A stretch of DNA of 63,231 bases, counting the filler, from Octopus bimaculoides (taxonomy: Eukaryota): the NCBI RefSeq assembly GCF_001194135.2. It is 7 parts of 6 records of this genome, joined end to end, with 100 filler letters (N's around TTAATTAATTAA, not from the genome) between each part and the next. Parts side by side here need not be neighbours in the genome. Positions count along the whole stretch, not along the records: positions 1 to 7,403 come from NC_068999.1; positions 7,504 to 18,348 come from NC_068983.1; 5 more parts are not named here. One strand, given 5' to 3'. The translations under genes were made by a program, and so were the position numbers. Below are positions 1-16,743 of the stretch, in pieces (the first letter of the stretch is position 1; every line of letters starts with the position of its first letter). Below the pieces are notes generated by a model. That model worked only from the letters and a program-made list of their open reading frames with translations, was not told the DNA's origin and made no database searches.

Positions 1-34
<34 letters not shown>

Positions 35-525
35 CATACATATACATGCATACATACACATACATACACACACACATATAAATGTAAATATATATAAATA
101 TATATATATTCACAGAAACATGCATGTATATACACACATACATACGTACATATGTATATACACATATTTGTATATATAAGTGTGTGTATGTGTGTATATG
201 ATTATATGTATATAGACATACATTTAAGCCGAAAATTTTACTATATTCAGGAGACATTCTTCAGATAAAATTCGATGCAATGCATGTATCTTTGTCTGTG
301 TGTATGTATGTGTGCGCGCGTGAATGTTTACTTACCTATGTGTACACGCGAATATATTAATATATACTGTATTAATGTATATATGGACACACACACACGT
401 ATATATGCATGTAAGTATATACATATTTACATATTAGCTAGCGTGGGGTGACTGCATGTATGTGTGCCTGTGTAATTCACTTCGTGTGATAATCAGATCT
501 TCTATATATGCATACATGTATGCAC

Positions 526-575
<50 letters not shown>

Positions 576-600
576 TGTGTGTGTCTGTGTGTCTTCCACA
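1..600. repeat. Degenerate compound (TA)n/(CA)n/(TG)n microsatellite region
   Basis: Directly visible; pure (TA)n at about 528-570. Confidence 0.95.
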
Positions 601-911
601 TCCTTATGACAATCACAATAGCGATTGCCGCTTCTTATAAATCCATCGTTTGATTCTAGAATCTCGACCGCAAAAGGCGTGTTGTGGTTTCTTAAAATCT
701 GTTCTCATCTTCAAGTATCTGTATTTCATTTACTTCTCATTACGCCTTATATTTCCTTTCTCCTCCTTCTCCCCTCTATAATTGTAATACACCTCTACCT
801 CCTTCTCCGCCGTCGCTTTCTCATTCTATCCGCTTTCTTCTCAAGGACATAATACTATCTTATCGTAGCTCAAGTATATATATTAATAAAAGCTGAAAGT
901 GAATTCAACGG

Positions 912-977
<66 letters not shown>

Positions 978-989
978 GCTGCTACTACT
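912..989. repeat. (ACT)n microsatellite
   Basis: Near-perfect ACT array. Confidence 0.97.
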
Positions 990-1024
990 AAAAATGGTAA
1001 TCATTTATAATGTTCTGTATTGTA

Positions 1025-1226
1025 GGCCCTAATTTCCGAAGCTGGAAGAGAGGGGATCGTGAATTGCGTAAAGTCCTCTGCGTTCTGCTAGTGCTTATTT
1101 GATCGATCTGGAAGGATGAACGACAAAGAACAGCTCGGCTGTATTTTGAATTCGGAACGTAATGCCTGAAGAGATAACGCTTGGCTCTGTATGCTGCGTG
1201 CAAGCGATTCTGCTAGATCGCAGCTT
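1025..1226 (-). mobile_element. tRNA-derived SINE, family A, degenerate copy
   Basis: Reverse complement aligns by eye with the family A copies at 11932-13990; followed on + by (TAA)n at 1227-1340. Confidence 0.7.
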
Positions 1227-1251
1227 TAATAATAATAATAATTATAATATT

Positions 1252-1314
<63 letters not shown>

Positions 1315-1440
1315 GTAATATAAATAATAATAATAATAATATTCTCAAATTCTAAAACAAGCTTATGATTTTCTTATGTTTTCTTAAAAACATTCTCTAG
1401 AAAAACATTCTCTGGGCAAAATCGAATATGTGACAACAAC

Positions 1441-1525
1441 AATTTGAACTCAGAACGTAGCAGCAGACGAAATACCGCTTAGCATTTCACCCGGCGTGCT
1501 AACCATTCTGCCTTCTCGCTGCCTT
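1441..1525 (-). mobile_element. SINE family A, 5' (tRNA-like) part
   Basis: Reverse complement AAGGCAGCGAGAAGGCAGAATGGTTAGCACGCCGGGTGAAATGCTAAGCGGTATTTCG...TGAGTTCAAATT has A-box-like and B-box-like motifs. Confidence 0.85.
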
Positions 1526-2449
1526 CAAGCATATCGGAACTGGTAACAACCTTGTATTTATACACATCACTGCTTAGCGCTACCACCGCGTACCCTAATA
1601 AATGTTCCAAGGAGTGATACTTTGAAGTTTCTTCTCAAATATTGTGTAACTATAATATAACGTGAGGCCTTGGATGAGAATATACGGGCGTGTATACGTA
1701 TCACACACGTAGATTTGAAAGTGAAATATAAATTGCCATATGCCATCTTTCTCTCAGTAACGGAGATTTTACTTTAAGTCTCTGCCAACGCAGTCGTTTA
1801 GGAAATCCAATGTTGCATGTGTGTGGTTCTTTCTCCCAAATAATTCTTGCTTAGTTGGAATCAGGCCGGTACCCGACGCTGCATGCTTTGGTTCTTTCAG
1901 GAAAATATTCTGTATCTAAGCTTTCTTGTGCGGAAGAAGAAATGCAAACAATGGTACCTGGTTAATGTGCCTCAAAAGAATATATTTCTTCTGTCATCGT
2001 CGCCATCTTGATCGTCGTCGCTGTTGTTTTTGTCAATCAAGTAATGTATTATTTCAGATTTCTCCTCCTCGCTCAACTTTCTTTGTTTGCTTCGCCATTA
2101 CGCATTTTTATGTTGATGTTGCTTTACTGTAATGTTCGAATCAAAAGGTAACGAAAGGTGACAAAAAAGGAACACGGTGTTGAATATAAAGAAGAGAGCG
2201 ACGTGCTGGGGGAAGTGACACTGTACAAATCAGCGGTCAAGCAAAAAAAAAAAGGACGTTGGGAAAAAATTGGAATGATCACAGGTTACACGCAGGTGGA
2301 GAGGGGCCGGAGAGACAGAGAGAAAAGTAGTGAAGGGTAGAGAGAGAGAACGAGAGAGAGACGAAGACAGAAAATAGAAAGAAGGAGATATCGTACCAAA
2401 AGTTCCTGTTATAAGGGGTTACAATGAGAAGAAGGGCGCGTGCCGTTGC

Positions 2450-2507
2450 ATACACACACACACACACACACATAAATATATACGCATACACATATATATT
2501 ATGTATG

Positions 2508-2545
<38 letters not shown>

Positions 2546-2550
2546 GAGAA

Positions 2551-2599
<49 letters not shown>

Positions 2600-3020
2600 T
2601 AGATAGATAGATATAGAGAGAAGATAAAGACATGTACATAAACGTAAATACATATATATGCGTGTATATAGACACATTTGTAAATATATACATATGTAAT
2701 TTTATGTATAATTATATAATGTATGTATGTATGTGTGTGTGTACATACATACATATCGGAATATTAATAGCCTCAATGAAAATGAAGTTGATGATGTTGA
2801 TGATGATAGCGACGACGACGATGATGACGAGACGATGATGATGCTGATGAATATGATGTTTGTGATGATGAGGATGACGATGACGATGACTATGGTGTTT
2901 CTGATGACGACGATGACGACGATGATGACGACGATGATGACGATTATGATGTTTGTGATGATGACGACGATGATGATTGACGGTGACAATGATGAGGATG
3001 TCGGGGATGACGTTGACAAT
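2450..3020. repeat. Compound microsatellite: (CA)(TA)(GA)(GATA), then (GAT/GAC)n
   Basis: Directly visible; source of several low-complexity ORFs. Confidence 0.95.
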
Positions 3021-3336
3021 CACGACGGTGCCGCCGCCGCCGCCGACAGTTAGGGTTGGGGGGGGAGAACTGCTATGATGGCCACCACGGTGGTGAATGC
3101 TATCAAAAGTTTTTAAGCACTTTCTTATCACAGTTATGTCCTACTGTGTATAGAACTTTCTAGAGATTCTTACCGATTTTGTTTACTTATGTTTAATTAG
3201 CATTAAATACTTATAAAAGACGTATTCGCACTTTGAATGATATCAACCAATGAACATTACGAATTCTTATCGCAATGGTCATTGCTAAATAAAGCCCTAT
3301 CTATTCTTCAACATACAATAGAAATTGCATACATGC

Positions 3337-3367
<31 letters not shown>

Positions 3368-3752
3368 NNNNNNNNNNNNNNNNNNNNNNNNNNNNNNNNN
3401 NNNNNNNNNNNNNNNNNNNNNNNNNNNNNNNNNNNNNNNNNNNNNNNNNNNNNNNNNNNNNNNNNNNNNNNNNNNNNNNNNNNNNNNNNNNNNNNNNNNN
3501 NNNNNNNNNNNNNNNNNNNNNNNNNNNNNNNNNNNNNNNNNNNNNNNNNNNNNNNNNNNNNNNNNNNNNNNNNNNNNNNNNNNNNNNNNNNNNNNNNNNN
3601 NNNNNNNNNNNNNNNNNNNNNNNNNNNNNNNNNNNNNNNNNNNNNNNNNNNNNNNNNNNNNNNNNNNNNNNNNNNNNNNNNNNNNNNNNNNNNNNNNNNN
3701 NNNNNNNNNNNNNNNNNNNNNNNNNNNNNNNNNNNNNNNNNNNNNNNNNNNN

Positions 3753-3883
<131 letters not shown>

Positions 3884-4091
3884 GTATATATATATGTGTG
3901 TATATATATACATATGCATACATATTTCCACAGATATGTAAGTATATTCATATTTTACATATATGTATGCGTAATTATATATGCATCAATTTCTGTACAT
4001 ATATATGTGTATGTGTGTTTGTGCGTGTGTATTTATGTATGTGTTTCACACACGCTCTGCATACTTACATATATATACATGTACACATTCC

Positions 4092-4126
<35 letters not shown>

Positions 4127-4406
4127 TTATATGTTATATATATATTTGTCTGAACCTAATCAGTTCCATTTCTTTTCGGCAATAAATGGGAATAATTGTG
4201 ATATACCATCTTTCGTATTTATATAAACAACACATTATATATTCATGACTATTTTCGAGAAGTCACGTCGAAATCAATGAAATATAACTTGTGTGCATAT
4301 ATTTAATAGTCTATAAAAGGCCATTCAAAGAATTGAAAATATAATGACCAGCACTCTTAGCCAAAATAGGAATGTTCGTTCCAAATTTATTATCGATGAT
4401 GAAGCT

Positions 4407-4735
<329 letters not shown>

Positions 4736-5019
4736 TTATGTTTGACTTTTGTTTTGCATTTGTACAAGTTGGATCCAAGTCTCACCCAGAGACCTCAAGA
4801 GACAACAAGTTAGAAGTTCATGTAGGTGTTATGCCTAGGGTACCATATATTTGGATTTGTACAGTTTTGTTCAAGTGAATGTTTAAGAAACCATAAGAAA
4901 ATTATGTTTGCTTTAAAATTTGAGATCACATAGACAGTATTTTACGTAGGATATGGGCAGTTCCCATGAGCACTATCTTTTGGACTTCAGCCATTTTGGG
5001 GTTTCCTGGTATCTGAGCT
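4736..5019 (-). mobile_element. 3' end of RLE-type non-LTR retrotransposon (R4/Dong-like); runs into a gap
   Basis: Minus strand reads QIPGNPKMAEVQKIVLMGTAHILRKILSM* (stop 4926-4928), then a 3' UTR. (TAA)n in element sense lies at 4686-4735 and beyond the gap at 5671-5745. Confidence 0.85.
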
Positions 5020-5670
5020 NNNNNNNNNNNNNNNNNNNNNNNNNNNNNNNNNNNNNNNNNNNNNNNNNNNNNNNNNNNNNNNNNNNNNNNNNNNNNNNNN
5101 NNNNNNNNNNNNNNNNNNNNNNNNNNNNNNNNNNNNNNNNNNNNNNNNNNNNNNNNNNNNNNNNNNNNNNNNNNNNNNNNNNNNNNNNNNNNNNNNNNNN
5201 NNNNNNNNNNNNNNNNNNNNNNNNNNNNNNNNNNNNNNNNNNNNNNNNNNNNNNNNNNNNNNNNNNNNNNNNNNNNNNNNNNNNNNNNNNNNNNNNNNNN
5301 NNNNNNNNNNNNNNNNNNNNNNNNNNNNNNNNNNNNNNNNNNNNNNNNNNNNNNNNNNNNNNNNNNNNNNNNNNNNNNNNNNNNNNNNNNNNNNNNNNNN
5401 NNNNNNNNNNNNNNNNNNNNNNNNNNNNNNNNNNNNNNNNNNNNNNNNNNNNNNNNNNNNNNNNNNNNNNNNNNNNNNNNNNNNNNNNNNNNNNNNNNNN
5501 NNNNNNNNNNNNNNNNNNNNNNNNNNNNNNNNNNNNNNNNNNNNNNNNNNNNNNNNNNNNNNNNNNNNNNNNNNNNNNNNNNNNNNNNNNNNNNNNNNNN
5601 NNNNNNNNNNNNNNNNNNNNNNNNNNNNNNNNNNNNNNNNNNNNNNNNNNNNNNNNNNNNNNNNNNNNNN

Positions 5671-5706
<36 letters not shown>

Positions 5707-6289
5707 CATTAGTATTAGTATTATTATTATTATCATTATTATAATATGCATTATTTTTATTGTTGAGGTTCATACATTTTAAAAAGTGTTTCGATTTCAA
5801 TTTGACATTTTTTGTTTTTAATTTTATTTTTAACAGTGATTATTCTCAAAATCATTACATTTTTTTTTGTGTGTGTGCATTTTCCGAAATTGAAATATCA
5901 ATGCAAAAAAAAAAAGATACACATATATATATATATATATAAAATGAAAAAAAAAATAATATCGGAATTTATATTAAGATTATGTTTTTTACGTTTTACC
6001 AAAAGCAACAAGAATCCACACAAATATGTATTTTTTTCTAAAAAAATGAAATGAATAATAAAAAAAAACGGGTATTAAATGATTTCTTATAAAGAACCCA
6101 TCTCGTATGAATCATTTGCATTGATATATATATTTATATTAATATTTTTTGTCAAAATATTCTCATTGCTATTTGATAGTGTGCTTTTAACATTTCAACT
6201 CAAATGTGACGATAAAATACGCTTTTATCATTGCTATTGTGTGGTCATACAAAAGACACATGCCCATAGTGCATATATATAATACGTAT

Positions 6290-6342
<53 letters not shown>

Positions 6343-7447
6343 GTACATGAAGCTTAAGTGTGTTTATATATATATATATATGTATTTATAAAACTAGAGA
6401 ATCGACAACAAACTGAACGAAAATATTCGGGTATTTGTGTATTACTTTTTTCTCATATCTATGTGCGTTTTCTTTTTTTGGTTTCAATTCCATTTTAGCA
6501 ATTCTTTATATATATTTTGAGATAGGATTCGTACGTATCAATGCTAATGGAAATCAATAATTGAATTGGAAATATTGATTTGTGATTTAAGCACGAGACT
6601 GATTGTTTATTAGGGAACAGGTATGATACCTTGGTGTTTTACTTCACTACCTAATGTAATTTTTAATTACGCCAACCTATGCGATAAAATATTACTTTCA
6701 TTCGGACCTCAAATTGGTTTCACAGCAGTAGCACCAAACATTTTTTCGACTAATAGCAATTCTTTCGAAGCCAAACCATTCAGGTTTCGACAGGAGTTAA
6801 ATTAAACTAGCTTGATATTCGATCATGTTGCTCGTGTTTATAACTGACATCAAATGACAAAATATTCTGGAATTGTTTTTGAAAACACGTTGGATATGAT
6901 ATTTTTGTAGTCTTATTTATTTAAGTTGTAGCATTTGCAGCTTCATGGCATCCATAAAATTAGCCAGTCATACTGCATACATGATATTTTTTTATCCCCT
7001 ATTATTTCAAAGAAAGCTACTTCATTGTTATTCTACACACTGCTACTCAAGTCAGATATATATGTATGTATGTATGTATATAAACCACTGAAATCTATAA
7101 GTTTATTTCATTCTCTGATTATTTTCTCTTATTCCTTTCCGTGGAAGAGCGTAGGCTCGAAGCATATAATATGTTTCAATTTTTCCCGAGCTTCAAATTA
7201 ATACATTCGCTTGTTGTTCATACACCTGACTTCGTGATTTGTTTTTCTATAAATTTCATCATCCATATACATCTTGTTCGAAAAAATAGTTCATATTTCA
7301 TGTACTCGTACTTCGAATTTCTTTGTTGTACACGTTTCGTGATCTCCTGTGCCCAATGTATGTACATATACGTATGTATATATGCTTATATATATATATA
7401 TATNNNNNNNNNNNNNNNNNNNNNNNNNNNNNNNNNNNNNNNNNNNN

Positions 7448-7459
7448 TTAATTAATTAA
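7448..7459. other. Assembly gap linker TTAATTAATTAA inside a 44N+12+44N spacer (also 18393, 33907, 37067, 56079, 60080)
   Basis: Identical 100-nt construct six times, with stop codons in all six frames. Artefact marking gaps, most likely of unknown size. Confidence 0.95.
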
Positions 7460-7503
7460 NNNNNNNNNNNNNNNNNNNNNNNNNNNNNNNNNNNNNNNNN
7501 NNN

Positions 7504-7824
7504 CAGTAGCAATTTCTAATATATTTGCCTCCTCCATTTCGAGGCATATAGAACCTACTATCCACTGTGTTTCCACTTGTGAAGGGACATTCTTTACTGT
7601 CACCTTCGTCACTCTCTGTCCAAGATAACTCGGTATCATCACCATCTCATCTGTGTGGCGAGAGAGTGTCGAAAATTCCTTCGCTAACTGTTCGCTCTTA
7701 AAGCGTACTAGGACCGTGGCAAATTTTCGTCCCCAAGTAACATGACTTTGAAAGGGCCATATCGGTTTGAGACAAATCTCAATTTTTGGGGGTGGAGAAA
7801 TTCTCCGGTCGCTTCGTTTTCTTG
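7504..7824 (-). mobile_element. Tx1-like LINE ORF1 fragment, paralogue of 53950-54270
   Basis: KIEICLKPIWPFQSHVTWGRKFATVLVRFKSEQLAKEFSTLSRHTDEMVMIPSYLGQRVTKVTVKNVP...CLEMEEANILEI aligns with the ORF1 of the 53 kb element. Confidence 0.9.
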
Positions 7825-7966
<142 letters not shown>

Positions 7967-8571
7967 TGCATATATGCATACATGCACACACACTTATACA
8001 TTTTATATATAGTAAAAATATCTTTTTTTTGTATTTTCTCTATGTTTGCTGTCTGCATGTATGTCTCTAATTGACAAGGTTGAGGCAGGATGTAACAGAC
8101 AGAAATTAACAACTGAAGTTATTATAATTCTCTCATTCGTTCATCTATTTATTTATTCCTACATTCATTCAATCAGTACAATTAATTTAACAAACGAATA
8201 AACAGTCCTAAACATACTAAATCTCACTTGCAAAACTGTTTTCAATTGATCAAATAACACGATCAAAAATCACAAACTTCCTCCCCCCCAACACCCAACT
8301 ACAGAAACACACGTCTACCGCCGTCTACATCACTCCCACCTTCACCAACGTCACCCATAACCTTCGACTATGTAAACTATATAAACAACACTATTTCCTC
8401 ATCACCAATATCAATGAGCAACCACCACACCTCAATTTTTTCAACACTCATTTCTATCGACGTCGCTCGACACCTCGTCTATACATACATACATACATAC
8501 ATACATACATACATGCATACATACATACATACATACACGCTTGCATACATACACACATACGTACGTGCATG

Positions 8572-8940
8572 CAAAGATAATAGATGTTTCAATACCAGCC
8601 GATTCGAAGGAGAAATGTAAAGATGCAGAAAAGATTGAAAAATCCCAGCCTCTGTGGGACGAGATAGGTAAGTTATGGGGTATGAAGAAAGTGATGGTGA
8701 TACCGGTGGTAGTTGGAGCATTAGGAGCAGATTCCAGGGGCTTTGAAGAACATGTTAAGAATATTGGAGCTGTTGTCAGGCTCGATGTGATTCAGAAGAC
8801 ATTATTGTTGGGTACAGCTCACATTCTAAGGAGAGTGTTGTCTCTTTGACACACAGGGAAGGCACTACCTTTGGTGATCTGTTGTTACCTGCTTTCAAGT
8901 AAAGAATAACCGGTAATTAAGAACTATCTGAGAGGATTTC
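8572..8940 (+). mobile_element. 5'-truncated R4/Dong-like retrotransposon (RLE C-terminus and 3' UTR)
   Basis: [22 protein letters not shown]...LWGMKKVMVIPVVVGALG...IQKTLLLGTAHILRRVLSL* (stop 8847-8849), followed by (ATA)n 8941-9026. Confidence 0.9.
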
Positions 8941-9026
<86 letters not shown>

Positions 9027-9605
9027 TTGGCACAACGCGAATACAAAAGGCAACATGACAATGTGGCAAGAATGAGCCATTGAGATTTCAATGAAAATCG
9101 CGGTCTACAAAGAGCAAAGAGATGGTATGAGAAAATCCCAGGAGTCACCGAGAATGAAGATTACAAAATCCTGTGGGATGCAATGATTCAGTGCAATCAC
9201 CTGACCAAACATCGGCAACCGGTGAGTCAAGAAAAGAAGAATATGCATGATGGTCGACATAACATTATCCGGTGAAACTAGGATCAAAGAGAGAGAAGAA
9301 AAACTGAACAACTATAACGATTTGAAGTGGCACATACGAAGACAGAGGTCAATGAGGAGAGTAGACATGATACCAATAGTAATTGGCGCACTTGGAAGTA
9401 TCAGCATTCAGCTATCAGCGTGGCTCAAAATGATTGGTACACATGTAAGGATAGAACACCTTAAAAAACCAGCATTGCTTGGAACTGCAAGAATTCTTAG
9501 CAGAGTTCTTGAAGTATGACCAGTAAAACAAGTGTCACCTAAGTCTGCTGGCTGTGGACAGTTGACACTTTCCAACATACCCAGCAAAATAAGGTGAGAG
9601 TTTTC
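9027..9605 (+). mobile_element. 5'-truncated R4/Dong-like retrotransposon, second subfamily, decayed
   Basis: AQREYKRQHDNVAR...WYEKIPGVTENEDYKILWDAMIQC...VDITLSGETRIKEREEKLNNYNDLK...IPIVIGALGS...ALLGTARILSRVLEV*; ATA-type repeats on both sides. Confidence 0.9.
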
Positions 9606-9634
9606 ATATGATGATAATAATAATAATAATAATA

Positions 9635-9665
<31 letters not shown>

Positions 9666-9667
9666 TA

Positions 9668-9926
9668 GAAACAATTCCTATCATAGTAGGTGCCTTAGGT
9701 ATAATAAAAAAATATTCAGACAAATACATAACAAAAACACCAGGACTTACAAATATATATAACATACAGAAAATTGCACTACTGGGCACTGCACACATCC
9801 TACGCAAAACACTTTCAATACAGTAACCATAAGAGCACCACAGCAAACCACAGCACATACCCAAGGCGCACAGAGCTGCGCTCGGTAGTGAAGTGAAAGC
9901 ACGTTATAAAAATAAAACTACTGAAC
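9668..9926 (+). mobile_element. 5'-truncated R4/Dong-like retrotransposon, third subfamily
   Basis: ETIPIIVGALGIIKKYSDKYITKTPGLTNIYNIQKIALLGTAHILRKTLSIQ* plus 3' UTR; (TAA)n both sides; close relative of 21892-22262. Confidence 0.9.
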
Positions 9927-10892
9927 AATAATAATAATAATAATTACCGCTATGATTGATTGTGTCCTCCTGGATATCAAAACAACCTTTTGTTGGAGCT
10001 ATGTTGCTGTCACCTATTCCGAGCAGACGAATCTGTTCTTCAGGTCCACTTGCGTTTGCCAGTCTAATCTATGATGCAAAATAGAAAACGGTTCTCAACT
10101 GTTACTTCTGCCTTTTGAGTCTTGTTGCCTTTCCTTAGGAGTCTAACACCCTTGGGTGGTGATGGGTGCTACTTGTTGTCCTCAGGTCCGTCCATTTGAC
10201 GATTTCTGTAAGGGATTTGTCATGCTTCCTCTTGTACCGGCTGTTCCCCAGCGACTTAATGCAAATGGTTCAGATGCAAAGAGTTGTACCACACTGTTTG
10301 CAAAATGGGTCTTCCTCTTTGCCCTATATTTTAAGGTTAGCTGAGGCTGGCTATGGGTTAGCGACTCTACATAACAGGAATAATAATTTTCCCGTGTCAA
10401 AACGCTACAGTTACTTCAGTATCCGTTTTCCTTGGTAAGCAAGACCTGTCGCTTTGACAATGCGATCCTCCTCAGTTTAACGACGACTTCTTTCTACTTG
10501 CAGTTCTCTGGAAACCATGGTATTGGTATTTTTCCACTTCTTGGCACTGTAGTTGCTAAGTCCTAACCCTGTATAAAAGACTCCTGGGCCCCAAGAAAGG
10601 TACTGCTTTCATCACAGCTTTCTGAGCCTCGATCTTCTGCCACCCTGTATGGTCTTGTCCTGTCTGACTTTCTAATCCTTAAATAGCAGCAATATGCTAA
10701 CTGCACTTACTTTCACGCTAAGTGATGAAATTGCTAGAGAAGATAACCCAACTAAAGGTTGGGGAACGCCTAACCACCTTCTCACGAATTTACTGCACTA
10801 CATCTACATTGACACCACATGAGCGATGGCATTGACATAAAGCAAGAATGGTTACTGCAATGCCCATTTATTAGCTTTCTGCCAAAATAAGA

Positions 10893-11115
10893 ATGAAAAG
10901 CGATGAGCTGGCAGAATCGGTAGAGCGTCAGAAGAAACGTTTTGCCTTATTTACTCCAACTCTTAATTTTCCAAGTTGAAATACCGTAAACGTTAAGTTT
11001 GCCATACACCCTTCCGGAGTCGATAAAACATAGAACCAAGGAAGTACGAAGGTCGATGGAATCGACTTACCCTTTCCTCTAAAAATTGCTGGCCTTGTAC
11101 CTAATTCAGAAATCA
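10893..11115 (+). mobile_element. SINE family A copy with (ATT)n tail
   Basis: GAGCTGGCAGAATCGGTAGAGCG head, GGAGTCGATAAAA core, AAATTGCTGGCCTTGTACC tail, (ATT)n 11116-11180. Confidence 0.8.
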
Positions 11116-11118
11116 TTA

Positions 11119-11182
<64 letters not shown>

Positions 11183-11821
11183 ATGAAAATACAATTGTAC
11201 AGTTCTATGATATTATCTCGAATATTTGTTTGAGTTGATGTCATTTCATTGCTTTTATTTTCTTTGTTTATTTAATTTTTTTTATTTTTTTTATTTCATT
11301 ATTTTTGTTTGTTTTTATTATATTCCTATATCTAATCGATATAATTGTTTGGCTTTTTTTAAACCGATGATGGGCCGCAGATGGGGGTTAATATTATTTT
11401 GAGTTTTGTTTTTTTTTATGTCGGTGTGGACGAAAGGGGTGTAGTTCTTTTTTTCTTGTTTTTATTCATTTTTCTATTGCTTTCATATTATTATTTTGTT
11501 ATTTTATTATTGAATTTCCCCTATACCCCACTACGTTTCTCACTACAACTACTCCACCGTATTTCCGTCGATTAGATTTATTGGTTGTTCTATATGTTAC
11601 TTTAATAATTTTCTTATATAACTCCATCTAAATATTATTGCAAATTGAATTATAACACGGCTGTTTTTTTTTTCTTTTGTTTTTCCTCTCTTATTATTTT
11701 TTTTTTCACGCACTTTATTGTTATTTCATTTTCCAGAGAAGTTTTTGGCTCTTAACGGAAGTTATCAGTTACCGGTTTATTATTATAACAAATAATATTG
11801 TTGTTGTTGTTTTTGTGCCGA

Positions 11822-11881
<60 letters not shown>

Positions 11882-11931
11882 TATCATCATCATCATCATT
11901 ATCATCATTGTCATCATCACTGTCATCATCA

Positions 11932-13990
<2,059 letters not shown>

Positions 13991-14009
13991 ATACTAAAAT
14001 TTGAAGCAA

Positions 14010-14100
14010 CTATGATTGTTGTAGTTGGTGGTGGTGGTGGTGGTGGTGATGATGATGACGATGATGGTAGTGGTGGTGGTGGAAGTGGTGGTGGTGGTGG

Positions 14101-14156
<56 letters not shown>

Positions 14157-14157
14157 T
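14010..14157. repeat. (GGT)n/(GAT)n microsatellite
   Basis: Directly visible. Confidence 0.95.
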
Positions 14158-15604
14158 TACAGTTTATTGCAGAAGCTGGACGTGCTTTCGAAGCTCATTG
14201 AGCTTGTGTCTTGTTTCTCTTTCTAGAATCCTGTTTTTTTTATTGTTTAATTTATTATTTAATTTACCAGAACCATAGAGACTGATCAACTATGTGTTCT
14301 TTTTTGCTCACCTTCCGGGGCAAAATTTTAATGGAAAGGAATTTTTTCGAAACAGAAAATTTTTTTTTCAAAATAACCGTCTTTATCGTTCAGTCAGTGA
14401 GAGAAGAACGTGGGAGGATTTATTGCAAGTGAAACTGCCTTTGGCTATCATTTCCTCCTACACAATACAACAGACTTAGTAGTAACTAAAATAGTAGCAA
14501 AAGTATCAGTAGTAACGACAGCACTAACAACAAAACAGCGACAACCCTAACGAAAAAAGCAGCGGTGAAAATAGAAAAAGTGTTTCTTTTACCAAGATCA
14601 CTAACATTTTCTCTCTCATCTTACTACGCATTGTGCTGGAACATTTAGAAGTGGAAGAGAAATACATCAGCACACTAGGATAGTGGAAAGTTACGTACAG
14701 TTTGCTGCAACGCTTTTTAGACTACACAGAAAGGAAAATAATTTGTGACATTGTTTATTGACGTAACACACACACTAGAGCATATAACTTCAGACCAAGC
14801 TGGGATGTGGCTATAAAAACACATTAGTTTTGTGAGGCATGCTTATAAGTTCGGATATATCCGGGTTCTCCACTGGAAAATGATAGCTCAGAAGTACTGT
14901 ACCGTCCCCACAAAGAACTGAAGATCTCACAATTTTACCGGGGATGAAGAGTGATCCGAGTAAACATCTCAAGCAAACCCACAGAACTAAACTTGCGGTA
15001 GGTTGCGAAACGCCTAGTTTTCATAGACGCTGTCTCGCAGCTACAAATAGAAAGATTCTGTAAAGAAAATTGGATTGGAATAAAACTGAAGATTTTAATT
15101 CAGATCAAAACTAAAATACTGGACAAAATCCCCAACCTAATAATAACTGTAAGTGGTAGTGGATGAGAAAAGTTCTTGATGCTACAACAATGGAAACTCT
15201 AGTCCCCTCAAGGCGTTCTGCTCCTAACAGCAATAGTAAATGCCAGTATAGTGTTCTAGGTCCCCTTCTTTAGGGTTCCTTTCATCAGCCAATCTTACCT
15301 ATTTTTTCCAACAACTTCTGTTGTGACTACATGGAATTGATTGCGTAGTCCCTTTATGCGTAATTCTTCTTCGTGTCCTTCTTGTACTTCTTCCATTGCT
15401 TTCCCCTTTTTCTCTACTCTCAGTACTCCTTCGGTCCTAACTGACACTAGCAAGGTTTCCTTTACCTTGGGGCTAGGTATCTCATTAAACTCTCGAATTC
15501 GATACGCACGGAGTCTTCCACACTTATCAGTCTCCTTCTTCCATTTACTCTCTTCATGTATAGGCGACCAGTGTCTGCACGTGGATGATGGACTCCATGC
15601 ACAC

Positions 15605-15690
15605 ACTGGGGGTCGATATAATCGACTTGATCCGTTTGTCTGTCCTTGTTTGTCCCCTCTGTGTGTAGCCCCTTGTGGGCAGTAAAGAAA
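15605..15690 (+). mobile_element. SINE family A variant, 3' tail
   Basis: CACTGGGGGTCGATATAATCGAC...TTGTCCCCTCTGTGTGTAGCCCCTTGTGGGCAGTAAAGAAA matches the tail at 12320-12395. Confidence 0.8.
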
Positions 15691-16029
15691 TAACATATAA
15701 TGGAAATTGGAGGTAAAGAAAGAATATCTGAGGCCTAAAAGGTATTAAATATTTCGTTTCCTTCAATTCTGCTTTATATGACACAGTTAAAATTTTTGAT
15801 CATTTTCAGAAAATTTTACATACAAAACTATTTTGACAACACATAATCTGAGCAAATTATTTTTTTAGCTGACACGTAACGCATTGTCAAATTGAAATCG
15901 TACAAGAGTTCGTGTTATTCAAGGACATACAAATAGATAATTCAATTCAACATACTGCATTGCAGCATGTTAAATTTAAGTGTCGAGTTTCTCACTTTCA
16001 GCAATATATTGAAAATTCATGATCGCCAT

Positions 16030-16250
16030 ATTGTACATTGTACCACAGTTTGATAATATTATCTATAACTAGCGCAGTTGCTGGACGAATCTGTAGCCGG
16101 TTCATGCACATAAAACTGGGTCTTCACTTTACAATGGGTGATGAGAGATTGTCTCATTTATCTTTGTTCTCAATGAAAGACGGTTGGTTACTGAGATACG
16201 TCGTAATAAAGTAATAGATAACACAGCAAGAAAGAAGACCAAACGAAAGA
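16030..16250 (+). pseudogene. hAT transposase C-terminal dimerisation-domain remnant
   Basis: Frame from 16059 reads LSITSAVAGRICSRFMHIKLGLHFTMGDERLSHLSLFSMK, resembling the hAT motif LPVTSASAERSFSKLKLIK.YLRSTM.QERLS.LA.LSIE; stops follow. Confidence 0.7.
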
Positions 16251-16699
16251 GGCTGTGCTATTTACTACATATATTTTTCAATTCGTTTTGTTTTAGGTTC
16301 TGTTTTTTTCTTTTTACTTCTTTTTGTATTTATCATTTAAGATATAAAATTATCAAATAACAGAATGTATTTTTATTACTGTGTTTTGATGTTAAATGAA
16401 ATATAGATTTATGAGTTTACTGCAAAACATTTTTTATGATGTTTTGATTTTAACAACAAAATAACAATTACCTACTTCCTTTAACATTGTATCTTCATTG
16501 TTTCTGTATTATATAAAATGCAAATTGAAAATATATAATAATTTCTAAAATATTTGGTACATGTCCAGGTGCCTTATTTCATATGCTCGCTTTTCCTAAC
16601 TTCAGAACCTGGCTATGCATACATTCATGCACGCATGTCTATTATATTCATATGTATAAACGTAATCATATGCACACACACACACACACACACACATAC

Positions 16700-16743
<44 letters not shown>

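Noticed and set aside
1901-1953. Possible small exon (tttcAG...ATG|GTACCT)
   Set aside because: Weak donor, no recognisable peptide, and no match to the expected dynein sequence.
10000-10870. GC-richer non-microsatellite segment, possibly an old retroelement
   Set aside because: No protein motif or second copy could be recognised, so it is left unannotated.
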